Shown here: in pieces, positions 1 to 14,592 of the stretch
Layout of the letters: the number at the start of each line of letters is the position of its first letter
Position numbering within the stretch: the stretch's first letter is position 1
DNA from: the human T2T-CHM13v2.0 reference genome, Homo sapiens
Assembly: GCF_009914755.1 (NCBI RefSeq)
Contig: NC_060928.1
DNA length: 64,000 nt
Reading direction: 5' to 3' (one strand)
Program-made: the position numbers and the translations under genes
The notes under the pieces: model-generated
Seen by the model: the letters and a program-made list of their open reading frames with translations, nothing else
Told to the model about the DNA's origin: nothing
Database searches by the model: none

Positions 1-364
1 CAGAAAAGAACTCACTTCAAAGAAATCATATGCTGTGCCCCCACCCCAAAGCACTATTGGAACTGATGTATGACTTGGAGATTTGGCTCTAATCCTGACT
101 TTTCTATTTATTTTTAGAACATAGGGTCTCATAAGCCAGATTTGGTGAATCAGTAAGCACTCAAGAGCTTTCTCCAGTCTTAGTCCAGAATATTTTGGGG
201 GCTCCCTAATAGAGTCTTAGGAGTGGGCATGATCAAGGAAGACAATGACCCCAACCCAGTTATGCACAAAAACTACAGTAGTGTTGAGGCATGCTTTTCC
301 TCTTCGGTTATAGGAAAATTTTAGAATAATGTCCAAACAAACTTCCAGGTAAAAGATACTCTTT

Positions 365-556
365 ATGTCAGACCTGAATTTAAGACTTGGTTCTGCCATT
401 TACTCGGTGTAGAACTTGTACAAGTAATACATCTTTTTAAACTTCAAGTCCCTCATCTGTAAAACGAGGTAATTTTTAAGACGGCATAAGTTACTAGGTA
501 TCTTATCATAGTGCCTTGCATATAGCAAGCTTTCAATAAATGCTGGTCATTATCAT
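365..556 (+). mobile_element. MIR
   Basis: ttctgccatttact...ccctcatctgtaaaa...gtgccttgcatatagcaagctttcaataaatg. Confidence 0.7.
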
Positions 557-2189
557 TAAACATTCACACATGATAAATGAGATGACCTTCTTCACTACCC
601 ATGGAAAGCTCATATAGTGAGAGCCACAAAAGGTTTAGTTATTTTATTGTTGACAAAAGATAACTACAAGGGAATTCTATTACACTGCTCTTCTGTTCCC
701 AATCACTCATGATTGAAATCTTTGTGAAATCTTTTATTTCTACTATGAGTGCTTCATGAGTTAAAATGATCATAAAAATAAGGAATAAGCCAACAAGTTA
801 ATGAACAGAAATAAAATGTGCTTTGTGCAACCATACCTTCTTTAACAAGATGCATTGTTTTCTTGAAGCCTCTATTTGCCACAATACCATGCACTTTCTG
901 TTGCCTCTTTGCCTTGGAAAACTTAGGTGCAGAACCACACTCAACAATTCACACACGATTCTGCTGTGGGTTTAAACATTTTCAAAATGATATCAATTCT
1001 GAAAATACTTAGCTCTAAATTTTCCTGCATTTCATAAACATACTATTAGGGTATGTTTATAGAATAATATGTATCTTGCTTTGGTTTTAAAATGAAATTT
1101 CAAATTAATTTGTTTGTCTGTGCTATATTGTCAATACACACTTAAAAATGTTTGACCAAGATAAATATAATTATACCCAGAATAACCTGTATTCAAAATG
1201 TATACCCTATATTAGTACTCTCACATAAAATATCCAGCCCACATCAAAACATATGGATACATTCTATATAAAAGTAGATAATATAAGCCAGGAATGGTGA
1301 TTAATATGGATTAATATGTATTAGTAATATGTTCATAAAGTCTTATCTTTTTAGTCTGAAAACATGCTACATGCATATTATGATTTTAATTAGTCTTTTT
1401 CTATTTTAGCAAACCTTCAGTTACATTGTTCCCTCCTGGACTTCCCTTTCATATTTCCTTTTCTTTCAAGTATTTCTCCCTACCTGAAAAGTGGAAGTTT
1501 CTCAAATCAGATGTTTATGAAAAGTTATGGCATATCTTTAGTGCCATCTCTTAGTACACTTCAAAACTGGTTCTCCCACATTTTCCTTAACTGTCAATTT
1601 ATGCTTTCAGATATTTTTATAAGATGCTCAGATAGAGCTGATGTTGGCCCATACAGTTCTCCAGGCATTTCTCCATTTTTCAAATTGTGAGAAACATTTC
1701 TTGAGAACTCCTTTCCTGAATACCTGATCTTCACAATCACCTCTCTGTAATGGAAATATACTGTGCTTTTTCTTCCCTTACCATATCACTGACTGTCGAT
1801 GAGACAGATTTTCTTCCACTATCTTGGCTTGCAAAAGCCCTAGGCTAACAAAGAAGACATTATTTTTGCAATGGCAGAAAGACTTAGAAACAAAAAGACC
1901 TGGGCTATAAAATTTGTTTTAAATTACAGGTGCTTTACTGGCACCATTTACTGATGCTAGGTGGTGCTCCTTCATTTCTGCCAAATCAAGTAAGAAACTG
2001 CTAGTGGGACTATTTTCTTTACCAGATGAGTCATTTCTCTTCATCAATCACTTTCAGAAATGTTCATACCAGGAAAAGTGGCACTGGTAAATTCTCAAAC
2101 TGAAATGCAACTCTATGACACACCATCTGCTGCTAACTTTTTTCTTTAAATATAGAGCATGGGACATCAGAATGAATTCATCTTTGGCT

Positions 2190-2481
2190 TAATATAGATA
2201 CAGATGAATAAATACAGAAATAATTATAGCTATGTATGTATACAAGGGGTTAGTATACTGCTCATATCTTTCCAAATTGACATGGTCTAGAAACACCACC
2301 ACCCCCACTAGCATATCAGCACCCATCTCTTTGTTTCTAATACCATTCTGTAATAAGGGTAATCAAGGTTCCCTGGAGAAATGGCTGATTCTAGGGCTAG
2401 ACAGGGAAAGTGAAAGATGAGCCTGGAAAGTAAAGAAAGCTAAAACATTCTCTCTCTTTCTCTCTGTCTCTCTCTCTCTCT

Positions 2482-2524
<43 letters not shown>

Positions 2525-3370
2525 GAGAGAGAGAGAGAGAGCACAACAATTGAAAGAGTTTCCAAAAAACCAAAGCTGGAACAATTTAAGCAACAAAATA
2601 TATAAAGTAGTATTGAATTGTAACCCAAAGTATAAATATTCACAAGTTTATCCTGATAGAAATAGATGATTACATAAACAAATTAATAAAGGAGAATAGA
2701 CAAATATCTTACACAGAATTTCCAAAGAATTTATATAGATACTGCCCTTTCAGGTAGGTGGAGCACAACTCCCTAATCCATGAGAATTACTTTCCAAAGA
2801 ATACAGAATTGAAGGCAGTAGGGAGAGTAGCTTGATAGGGGAGAAGCCTGACAAATATTACTTCAGCCAGGTCATCAAACTTGGTATCATCAGTGATAAG
2901 TCATGTTGATAGCATATACCTTTGATAGGTTGTTATGGAAATGCCACTTTATATCTGTGGTCTTCCACTCCAGAAACCATAACCCCAGGCTAATCATGAG
3001 GAAAACATCTGACAAACCCAAATTGAGGATCATTTTATGAAATATCTGAGCAGTACTCCTCAAAACCTTCAAGGTCATCAAAAACAAGTCTGAAAAACTG
3101 TCACAAACCAGCGAAGACTAAGGAAACATTATGATTAAATGTAATGTGGTATCCTAGATAGGATCCTGAAACAGAAAAAGAACATTAGGAAAAGGTAACG
3201 CATTCTAAAAGAAATATGGACTTCGATTAATAATAATGTATCAATACTGGTTTAGTTGTAGCAAATGTACTGTAAGTATGAACGTAGACATAAGATATTA
3301 ACAACAGGAAAAACTGTATGCTGGATAGACAGGAACCCTCTCTATAATCTTTGCAACTTTTCTGTTGCAA
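2190..3370 (+). mobile_element. L1MC/MD-type 3' UTR fragment
   Basis: ttccctggagaaatggctgattctagggct; aatgtaatgtggtatcctagataggatcctgaaacagaaaaag; ctttgcaacttttctgt. Confidence 0.75.
2449..2541. repeat. Compound microsatellite (TC)n(AC)n(AG)n
   Basis: Seen directly. Confidence 0.97.
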
Positions 3371-3393
3371 AAATTTAATTATCTGCATTACTA

Positions 3394-3713
<320 letters not shown>

Positions 3714-4222
3714 TAATAATAATTTTAACAAATTCCACTTTAACCGTTAGTCATGTCAGTAACCACATATTATCTCCTTTTCTATATAAATATTCCTTTG
3801 CGCTATGAGACAACATAAGTTTCTAATGACTTTTTCACCCTCTTCTTTTTATACATTTCAAAGCAGCAGTATAAAATTCACATTAATACTCCTTTGAAAA
3901 ATTATCGCTCTATGACATATCAAACATATTAAAATAAATATCTACAAGTTTATAGTGATATAAATAAATTATTGCATGAGAAATTAACAAGGGAGAATTT
4001 CATGTGAGCATTTTATTTATGTTTAATAATTTCTTAGGTGAGGGAGAAAGGATAGGAATCTAAATGTCCTAATACAAACCAATTAGCTCACACCCAAAAG
4101 AGTCTTTGAGTTTGACATATACTCCTAGAAGTTCCTCCTGGGTGTGGGGTCCTTGGTCCATCTGTGAATCCCAGGAAGACTCCCAGGATATTTCCAAAAT
4201 ACCCTAGAAGTTGACAAGCTGT

Positions 4223-4668
4223 TGTTGTGCCTGAACCCCTGTGGATGCCACTGGGAATGGCACCAGGCTCAAGAAGCTGAAGAAGAGAACCAGAGCCAGC
4301 AAACGAGACATACATTTTATTGGGGGCTTACATACAGGGGAAGGAATCTAGTAGCAGCAGGCTAGGCAGGAGAACTGCAACTGCTTACAAAAGGCAGGTG
4401 GTTTAGCATTTTCACTTAGCATTCTTTTCCTAACGACCTCCAGCTGGCAACCTTCATTCAGCTCAAAACTTGGGACCTGGACCTCCGTATGGCCTGTGTT
4501 CCACAAGATGGGCTGGGAGCTCAGATGTTCCTCACAGAAAAGGAACAAATCTTCACTTTGGCCACACCCAGATTCCCCAGCTCAGAACATGCATTCAGGT
4601 GCATCTGCCATACACGGTCATTCTCAGGGTATGCTTCAGTTATTACTATCACATGTGTTCACCATACA
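4223..4668 (-). mobile_element. Solo ERVL-class LTR (LTR47-like)
   Basis: TG...CA termini; 5-bp TSD GCTGT/GTTGT; minus-strand AATAAA near 4316; resembles the recalled LTR47 consensus. Confidence 0.7.
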
Positions 4669-6394
4669 GTTGTGACTGCAATAGAGTCCTCTGGCTCTGA
4701 AGAGCCTTACCACCAGTGAGTCTTCTGATCTGCTCAGGACAGACCAGCCTGGAACAGTGCTTCATTTTCCCACCAACCCCAAAACATGCTTGGTCCCAGA
4801 GCCAGTCAATCCATAAGAGAGTTCTTAGGCTGGAAACATCTTAGAAAGTCTTTCCAGAAAGACATCTCAGGTTGATATTAATACGGCTCTGTGGCCTTTA
4901 GAGGACCCTGGAAAGGAAGCATGTAGAGATGAGTCCTGCAGCCTGGCAACCTCCATTTGCATTCATGCCCAACCACAGAGCATCTTTAATATATCTGCAT
5001 ATCACCAGAGGTCCTCCTCAGGGGAAAATAACAGATTCTGGGTATTCTCTGGAGTGTAAGGCTCTACAGGCTTGATAACTTCTTCTGACAGCAACGCCTG
5101 TTTGCCCTCTCACTAAGAGTTCTTCTGGCTTATGTGAATTTGAAAACATTTCTGCCTGAATATGTCCCATATATTCTCTATCATTTTTTGAAGGTCAGCA
5201 ACTCTAGCCATCCAATAGTGATTATGCAGAAGATCTGTACATTGAACAGGTGACATAACCAAGAAAAAAATTGTGTCACTTGTAGTCTATACTTGACTCC
5301 TGTCCTCTAGAAATTGCATCGTGCCTTGATTTCTCTATTTGTAAATGTCAATTTAGTCTAACTCTCAAAGAGTTAAAACATTATTGGATAGGGTTAAAAA
5401 ACATCTTGACTTTTGTTAAATATATATATTTATTTATATTTGTTATGCATTCTTATGTTTATATATTTTTAATGTTTACATATATTTTCTAGGAGACATA
5501 GTAAGGTGTTGACAGTGGTGATCTCTGATAGGCATATGTTTTCATTTCATCATTTTTGCTTAATTTATCTTCTAGAATGTAGTCCATGTACAAGGTAATA
5601 ATGAAATATTATAGTTTTTGACCCATGCTATTTTATACATTCAGTGCATTAAATTTCTCTCCCTTTTACCTGTTCCCTTCCTAGCAGAAAAATGGTTTTT
5701 TAAAAGATAACTATTCAATGAAATATAAAAGAACTGCAAAAATACATACTAAGAATGTTAATAAACTAGGTTTCTAGTAATGAATAAAACGCTTCTTAAG
5801 GTTTTCCATGAAGTATTGGCCTTTGAGATGGAAATTTCCAAACTATTTTCATTTGCTACCATAAAAACTGCATGAGTGATCAGGCCTGATCACAGATGGG
5901 GAAATCCGGTGATGCCTGGATGATGGAAAAGGTAATAAGGCCCAGATATTGAGCTGTTTTCTTTAGACTGCACCTGGTTTATGGGGGCCTGAAGTACTCC
6001 AAATACTCTGTCATAATTTGTTGTTAGGAAAATGAGCTTAATGTCACGGAAAGGTCAGTCAAAGGTTGAAAACTATTTGAAATGAGAGCTTCTTATCACT
6101 ACCTATTACTTTGAACCTAATTGTGTACTGTTATTTGTTCAACTGTTTGCATACCAAGGATTAGTTTAAAAGTTGAAATTTTGAAATATCTGGAAATAGT
6201 TTTCAGAGAGTTCCCTAGCCTGCCACTCTTTCACTACCCACATAACAGAAAGCTGGGTAGGAGAGGAGCAATTCCAAACCAAGGCCAAGACAAGTTCTTC
6301 TGAAGCCCTCTTGGGGCATCTGCTGGAGCAATACTGGTTTTTTGTTTGTTTGTTTTGTTTTTTTCCTTCAAGCTGGCAATAACGCCTATTTTAA

Positions 6395-6734
<340 letters not shown>

Positions 6735-7065
6735 AAATGTCCCATTTCTTAAATCTTAATTCTTCCCCCTGTGATAATCCAAAGTGCCTTGCAGTCCTGC
6801 TCAACTGGGCTTTGCCACATTCTGGACAGCCTGAGAATTGGATATAGTAGCTGAAACTAAATAATTTGGCACAGATCCCAAGTTATTTGCTTAAGTCTAA
6901 CGGCAATTGTGTATTCGCCAAGCCCCATCACTGCTTTCTTCATTTCCTCTCACGTAAACTTGCGTAGAATTTTTTTAAGCACTACAATTAAAAAAAAAAA
7001 GAATACGGATTTTTTTAAAGTTCGTATTGCTTTTTTCAATAATTTTTCCAAGTAAAAATTTCCTT

Positions 7066-7363
7066 GAGGGGAGAGGAGAATGGAGAGATGTTCACCGACA
7101 GGTACAAAGTTGCAGATAGACAGGAAGAATAAGTTCTGGTGTTCTATCACACAGTAGTGTGACTATAGCTAATAATGATGCATTGTATATTTCAAGATTG
7201 CTAGAAAGAATTTTGAATGTTATCACCACAAAGAAATGATAAATGTTTAAATTGTTGGATGTGCTAATTACCCTGATTTAATCATGGTACGATGTATACA
7301 TGTATTAAAGCATCACACTGTACTCCATAAATATGTACAATTATGCGTCAATTATAAATAAAA
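7066..7363 (+). mobile_element. L1MA-type 3' end
   Basis: gaataagttctggtgttctat...ctaattaccctgattt...ccataaatatgtacaattat plus A tail. Confidence 0.8.
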
Positions 7364-9373
7364 TAGAACTTTAAAAATTTCTCACCTATTTGTTATCCAG
7401 ACACTTGCAAAGGGAACAAACAGTTTGTGATTTCGCTTGGTATTTGTTTTCTGTACTGAAATTTTTATTTTGTTTTTGCTTCATTTTTTGCTTTCTTGGC
7501 AAGGTTTGAAGATCTGCTTTTTCCATTTAATCACTCAATCCACAAACACTATTAAATATCTGCTGTCTTCAGAGCAGTGCTGGCATTGCGTGCTATAAGA
7601 AATACAAGGTATAAGGCCTGGTCATTACTATTACAGAGTTTATAATTTAGCTGAAATCAGAAATAAACATGAAAATCCATTATTAGCTAAAGCTCAATCA
7701 AAAAATTATTATTTCTGCCAAAAGAAACAGAATTAAAATACCTCTCCTTTCCATATGGAGGTACAAAATTAGGTACTCCGAGCGAGTTTAAGGGAACCAT
7801 GAACTTTTTTTTTGTATAACTACTAGAAATGTTATAGAACATATTGTAGAAGTAAACTTTCTTAGGAATACCATTTGTAAAAAATTCAATACTAGAATTT
7901 GGGAAACATATAAAGGGACTGAAAAATCTGCAAAATATTAGGGGGACTAGGCTCAATGAAAGGGGAACAACACAAAAAGACAAGGAAACCATATTGGACC
8001 AGAAGAGGGACCACTGTCTTTAACCATCCACAATTTATAATTCTCATCAATGCCTTAAAAAAGAGGAATTTAAAACGCACATGTGTGTATATGTGCCTAT
8101 ATCTCAAAGATTATACAAGATACTGGCAATAGAGGTTGCTTTGGGTAGGAAAACTGGGACACAATGTAAAAAGAGACTTACGTTTCACTGTATGCCCTTT
8201 TGAACCTTTTAATTTTGTTTTATGTGTATATATAAACTAGCTTAAAAAATTAAGTAAATAATTTTAAAATGCATGTATGTAACAACCAGGACTCATACCA
8301 ATATATTAATAGTAGTTATCTCTGAAAAATAACAGACTATTTGTTTTTCTTTTCTCTTTTGTATTTTTATAGTTTTCAAATTTTCTATAATAAATGTGTA
8401 TTAATTTTATAATTACAAAACTTCAAATTTTAAAATTCCTCCAGTAACATGGAAAAATAGTGAGTGCATGAACAAAAAATAACTAAAATTAGTAATATCA
8501 ATATTCTCACTGTATGGTATTAGTTGTTACATGTAATTTTACTTCTCAACAATATAGAAAATTAAATATAGTGTTTATTTTCACCTAATATTCTTTCTTT
8601 TGTTAATAATCTCACATCTTAGGAAGCCCATGTAGGAATTGTTACAAATATTTGAACTAAGCAGTCTCAACCCTTGGATCTTTGGGTGTCTAGGAAGTGC
8701 AAAACTGGACAGGCAGCACTCCTAACGTGGTTAGCATAAGTAATTTCTATACATTAACTACTCAAGAGTGGCCATAGAGAAGCAGATGCTGTTAACATGA
8801 GAATAATAAACTGTAATTACATACACAAAAAGGCTTTAAAACTTTTATACCTATCCCTACTAATGTTTGGATTAATAAATGACAGGAGAGAGTTTTAAAA
8901 TGGTTTTATTATTTCTCCAGAGAAAATATGCAAATAGCCAATAAGTACCTGTAACAATACTCACCATCATTAGTCATTAAGAAATGAAAATGAAAATCAC
9001 GAGATACTAGTTCACAAAAACTAGGCTGGCTATAATCAGTAACAGATAACAAGGGTTGTGTGGCAAAATAGGAATCCTTAATACATTGTTGATGGGAATG
9101 TAAAAATCATGCAGCTGCTCTGGAAAACAGTTTGGTAGTTCCTCAAAAAGTTAAAACATCGAGTTTCTATATGACCTAGCAGTTCCATATCTACATATAT
9201 ACTGAATAGAAATGAAAACATCCACACAAAGACTTGTGCATAAATGCTATGAGCAGTATTATTCTTAATAGCCAAAATGTGGAAAAAACCCAAATGTCCA
9301 TCAGCTGATGAAAGGCTAAACAAAGTGTGGTATATCTTTATAATTATTATTCCGCCATAACAAGGAATGAAGT

Positions 9374-9417
9374 CCGGGCACGGTGGCTCACGCCTGTAAT
9401 CCCAGCACTTTAGGAAG
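9374..9417 (+). mobile_element. AluY 5' part, interrupted by HERV9
   Basis: CCGGGCACGGTGGCTCACGCCTGTAATCCCAGCACTTT, preceded by TSD AAGGAATGAAGT (9362-9373). Confidence 0.9.
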
Positions 9418-9541
9418 CAAGGGATGTTTCTGCTGCTGCGTCGGTGAGCGCAACTATTCCATTCAGCAGGATCCAGGGACCGTTGCAGGTTCTTGGGCAG
9501 GGGGAGAAACAAACCAAAACCACAGCGATTTTGTCTTTCAG

Positions 9542-10990
9542 ATGGGAAACCGGCATCAACAGGCTCATCCTTGAAGTGCATCCTAAGCCATTGGGACCAG
9601 TTTGACCTGCAAACCCTGAAAAAGAGATGGCTCATTGTTTTTCTGCACTATGGCCTGGCCCCAATATTCTCTCTCTGATGGGGAAAAATGGCCACCTGAG
9701 GGAAGTATAAATTACAATACTATCCTGCAGCTTGACCTTTTCTGTAAGAGGGAAGGCAGATGGAGTGAAGTACCTTATGTCCAAGCTTTCTTATCATTGA
9801 AGGTGAATCCACAACTATGCAAAGCTTGCAATCTACATCCCACAGGAGGACCTCTCAGTTTACCCCCATATCCTAGCCTCCCTATAGCTCCCCTTCCTAT
9901 TAATAAGCCTTCTCTAATCTCCCCCACCCAGAAGGAAACAAGCAAAGAAATCTCTAAAGGACCACAAAAACCCCTGGGCTATCGATTATGTCCCCTTCAA
10001 GCCGTAGTGGGAGAGCAATTTGGCCCAACCCGGGTACATGTCCCCTTCTCCCTCTCTGAATTAAAGCAGATCAAGGCAGACCTGGAGAAGTTTTCAGATT
10101 ATCCTGATAGGTTCATAGATGTCCTACAGGGTCTAGGAGAAACCTTCGATCTCACTTGGAGAGATGTCATGCTACTGTTAGATCAAACCCTGGCCTTTAA
10201 TGAAAAGAATGAGGCTTTAGCTGTAGCCTGAGAGTTTGGAGATAACTGGTATCTTAGTCAAGTAAATGATAGAATGACAGCCAAAGAAAGGGACAAATTC
10301 CCTACCGATCAGCAAGATGCCCCCAGTATGGATCCCCATTGGGATCTAGACTCAGATCATGGGGACTGGAGTCATAAACATCTGTTGACATGTGTTCTAG
10401 AAGGACTAAGGAGAATTAGGAAAAAGCCCATGAATTATTCAATGATGTCCACCATAAGTCAGGGAAAGGAAGAAAATCCTTCTGCCTTCCTTGAGCGGCT
10501 ATGGGAGGCCTTAAGAAAATATACTCCCCTGTCACTCGACTCACTAGAGGGTCAATTGATCCTAAAAGATTATCCAATCAGCCACAGATATCAGGAGAAA
10601 GCTCCAAAAGTGAGCCCTGGGCCCTGAACAAAATCTGGAGGCATTATTAAACTTGGCAACCTTAGTGTTCTACAATAGGGACCAAGAGGAACAGGCTGAA
10701 AAGAAACAGCAAGATCAGAGAAAGGCCGCAGCCTTAGTCATGGCCCTCAGACAAACAAACCTTGGTGGTTCAGAGAGGACAGAAAATGGAGCAGGCCAAT
10801 CACCCGGTAGTGCTTGTTATCAGTGTGGTTTACAAGGACACTTTAAAAAAAGATTGTCCAACAAGAAACAAGCCGCCCCTTTGCCCATGTCCATTATGCT
10901 GAGGCAATCACTGGAAGGTGCACTGCCCCAGAGGACAAAGGTTCTCTGGGCCAGAAGCCCCCAACCAGATGATCCAACAACAGGACTGAG
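9542..10990 (+). pseudogene. HERV9 gag, disrupted
   Basis: ATGGGAAAC (MGN) after a splice-acceptor-like tract; matrix/capsid/zinc-knuckle similarity split over ORFs 9493, 9635, 10274 and 10653 by frameshifts and stops. Confidence 0.88.
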
Positions 10991-11019
10991 AGTGCCCAGG
11001 GTAAGCACCAGTTCATGTC

Positions 11020-12248
11020 ATCACCCTCACTGAGCCCCAGGTATGTTTAACCATTGAGGGCCAGGAAATTGACTTCCTCCTGGACACTGGTGCAGCTTTC
11101 TCAGTGTTAATCTCCTGTCCCGGACAGCTGTCCTCAAGGTCCGTTACCATCCAAGGAATCCTGGGATGGCCTGTAATCAGATATTTCTCCCACCTCCTCA
11201 GTTGTAATTGGGAGACTTTGCCCTTTTCACATGCCTTTCTTGTTATGCCTGAAAGTCCCATGCCCTTATTAGGGAAGGACATATTACCCAAAGCTGGAGC
11301 TATTATCTACATGAATATGGGGAACAAGTTACCCATTTTTTGTGCCCTGCTTGAGGAGGGAATCAACCCTGAAATCTGGGCATTGGAAGGAACAAACTCA
11401 AGCTCCAGCCTTAAACCTTCCCATGAGACAAAACTTCTCTTTATACATCACAGAGAGAGCAGGAATAGCTCTTGGAGTCCTTACTCAGACTCATGGGACA
11501 ACCCCACAACCAGTGGCATACCTAAGTAAGGAAATTGATATAGTAGCAAAAGGCTGGCCTCACTGTTTACAGGTAGTTGCGGTAGTGGCCATCTTAGAGT
11601 CAGAGGCTATCAAAATAATACAATGAAAGGATCTCACTGTCTGGACTACTCATTATGTAAATGGCATACTAGGTGCCAAAGGAAGTTTATGGCTATCAGA
11701 CAACTGCCTACTTAGATACAAGGCGCTACTCCTTGAGGGACCAGTGCTTCAAATACGCACGTGTGTGGCCCTCCACCCTGCCACTTTTCTCCCAGAGGAT
11801 GGGGAACCAATCGAGCTTGACTGCCAACAAATTATAGTCCAGACTTTTGCCGCCCAAGAGGATCTCTAAGAAGTCCCCTTAGCTAATCCTGACCTTAACC
11901 TAATATACCAATGGAAGTTCATTTGTGGAGAATGGGATACGAAGGGCAGGTTATGCCATAGTTAGTGATGTAATACTACTTGAAAGCAAGCCTCTTCCCC
12001 CAGGGACCAGCACCCAGTTAGTAGAACTAGTGGCACTTACCCGAGCCTTAGAACTGGGAAAGGGAAGAAGAATAAATGTGTATGCAGATAGCAAGTATGC
12101 TTATCTAATCCTATATGCCCATGCTGCAATATGGAAAGAAAGGGAGTTCCTAACCTCTGGAGGAACCCCCATTAAATATCACAAAGAAACCATGGAGTTA
12201 TTGCACGCAGTGCAAAAACCCAAGGAGGTGGCAGTCTTACACTGCTGA
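11020..12248 (+). pseudogene. HERV9 pro-pol remnant: protease, tether and RNase H; RT core deleted
   Basis: DTGA active site at about 11083-11094. Near 11390 the sequence jumps from EGINPEIWALEG to QAPALNLP...PVAYLSKEID. RNase H AGYAIV...ELVALTRALELG...DSKYAY at 11925-12248; no RT YxDD motif seen. Confidence 0.85.
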
Positions 12249-12299
12249 AGCCATCAAAAGGGGATGGAGAGGGAAGAATAGCAGCATAAGCAGCTGGCA

Positions 12300-12560
12300 G
12301 AGGCAGCAGAAAGGAAAGAGAGAAAGAGACAGAAAATCAGAGAATGAGAGAGAGAGGAAGAAACAGAGAGACAAAGAGAAGGAGACAGAGAGGAAGAGAC
12401 AGACAAAGAAGGAGTCAAAGAGAGAGACAGAGAGAGGAAGAGACAGAGAGAGAGAAAGTCAAAGAAGGAAAGAGAGGAAGAGTCAAAGAGAGAAGGAAAG
12501 AGAGGAAAAGAGAGACGAAGAAGTCAAAGAGAAAGAGAAATGGAAATAGTAAAGAAAAAA
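12300..12560 (+). repeat. Purine-rich (GA/GAA) low-complexity tract in HERV9
   Basis: About 260 nt of near-pure A/G. Confidence 0.9.
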
Positions 12561-12711
12561 ACAGTGTACCCCATTCCTTTAAAAGCCAGGGTACATTTAA
12601 AACCTATAATTGATAATTGAAGGTCTTCTCTGTAACCCTATAACACTCCAATACCACCTTGTTTTCAGTGTAAACAAGGGCATAGCCCGAAAGCACTGAG
12701 GCCACTGACAA

Positions 12712-12896
12712 CCTGAAGTCAGCGAGACCATGAACCCACTGGAAGGAAGAAACTCCAGACACATCTGAACATCTGAAGGAACAAACTCTGGACACACCAT
12801 CTTTAAGAACTGTAACACTCACCATGAGGGTCCACGGCTTCATTCTTGAAGTCAGCGAGACCAAGAACCCACCGGAAGGAACCATTTCTGGACACA
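12712..12896 (+). mobile_element. 3' end (U5 repeats) of the LTR12-family 3' LTR
   Basis: Closely resembles the end of the solo LTR at about 25870-26047 in this window; ends in CA. Confidence 0.9.
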
Positions 12897-13248
<352 letters not shown>

Positions 13249-14249
13249 TCATTTATATAAAATGTCCAGAGACAGAAAATAGATTATGGGTAGCCAGGGA
13301 CTGAGGGGAGGGAAGAACGAGGAGTAACTGCTAGGGTACCAGATTTCTTTGGGGGATGATGATAATGTTCTGGAATTAGACTGTGGTGATGGTTGTGCAA
13401 TCTTGTGAATATACTAAAAGCTACTGAATTGTACACTTTAAAGGGGTGAATTATATGGGTATGTAAATTATATATCAATAATCTTTTTTTTTCATTTCAT
13501 TAGGAACTGCATGCCTAAGGTCAGGGTATCAATATGATCAAGTTTATTGACTCATGGGTACAAGCATCCTGTGAGCTGATTCTTTGGGAGCTCATGATAT
13601 TATTAATATTACTTACTTGATAGCATACTAAAATTAATCAATGCAGACCATATTTAAAATATCTTCATGATATACTAATTCTTAAGTTTTACTTTGAAAT
13701 CTATCAAAAAGAAAGGTAATGTGACACATAAATAAAAGCAAATTTGATTATTTTACAGATTTTCATTATAATAGGACAGTGGTTCTGGTCATTTTTAGAC
13801 ATCTTACCACCAAGCCTGAACTACCACGCAGTAAAAACTGACAACAATCTGACCCTAAATATCAAATTAGACTCATTACAGCAAGTAACTAGCAGCTTAT
13901 GTATGATCAAAATCTGATTTCTCATAGCCATGAACATATTTCCTTCCTTTACACACTGACCAAGAAGTCTGTATTTTAATTACTATAAATTATACCTTAT
14001 TATGACTAATCTAAAAATGGGAATCCTTTTTTAATGTTGGGCATATACAGCAGTTATTAAATTTCTATGTTTTATTGGTAGATTTCAATGAAAACATCTA
14101 AATTCTCTGGGGTTTTCTCTGTAATTATTTGGTTGTTAATATAGTATAATAAGAGGACAATAAAATCACTGAATGGGGCTGAACCCCTCATTTCTCTTTT
14201 CTTCCCCTACACACATGGCATATTCATGTAATTTCATTTTAAGGTGTTA

Positions 14250-14558
<309 letters not shown>

Positions 14559-14592
14559 TTAAAATATTTTTGTTTAGCATTCAATAGGAAAT

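Larger units (their letters stand above)
9418..12896 (+). mobile_element. Deleted HERV9-type (ERV1) provirus: leader, gag, pro, partial pol, AG tract, U5 end of LTR12; no 5' LTR, no env
   Basis: Gag-like ORFs ([20 protein letters not shown]; QGKEENPSAFLERL; CYQCGLQGH), protease FLLDTGAAFSV, RNase H, and LTR12-type terminus ...GGACACA at 12896. Confidence 0.92.

Noticed and set aside
1-2200. 3' end of an upstream neighbouring gene
   Set aside because: AATAAA hexamers occur, but no coding exon or other sequence evidence is visible.
9635-12248. HERV9 gag/pro/pol ORFs (198, 117, 126, 141, 107 aa) as a domesticated gene
   Set aside because: Multiple frameshifts and stops, RT core and integrase missing, no LTR promoter.
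12344-12613. Arg/Glu/Lys-rich ORF resembling a nuclear protein
   Set aside because: Translation of the AG low-complexity tract.
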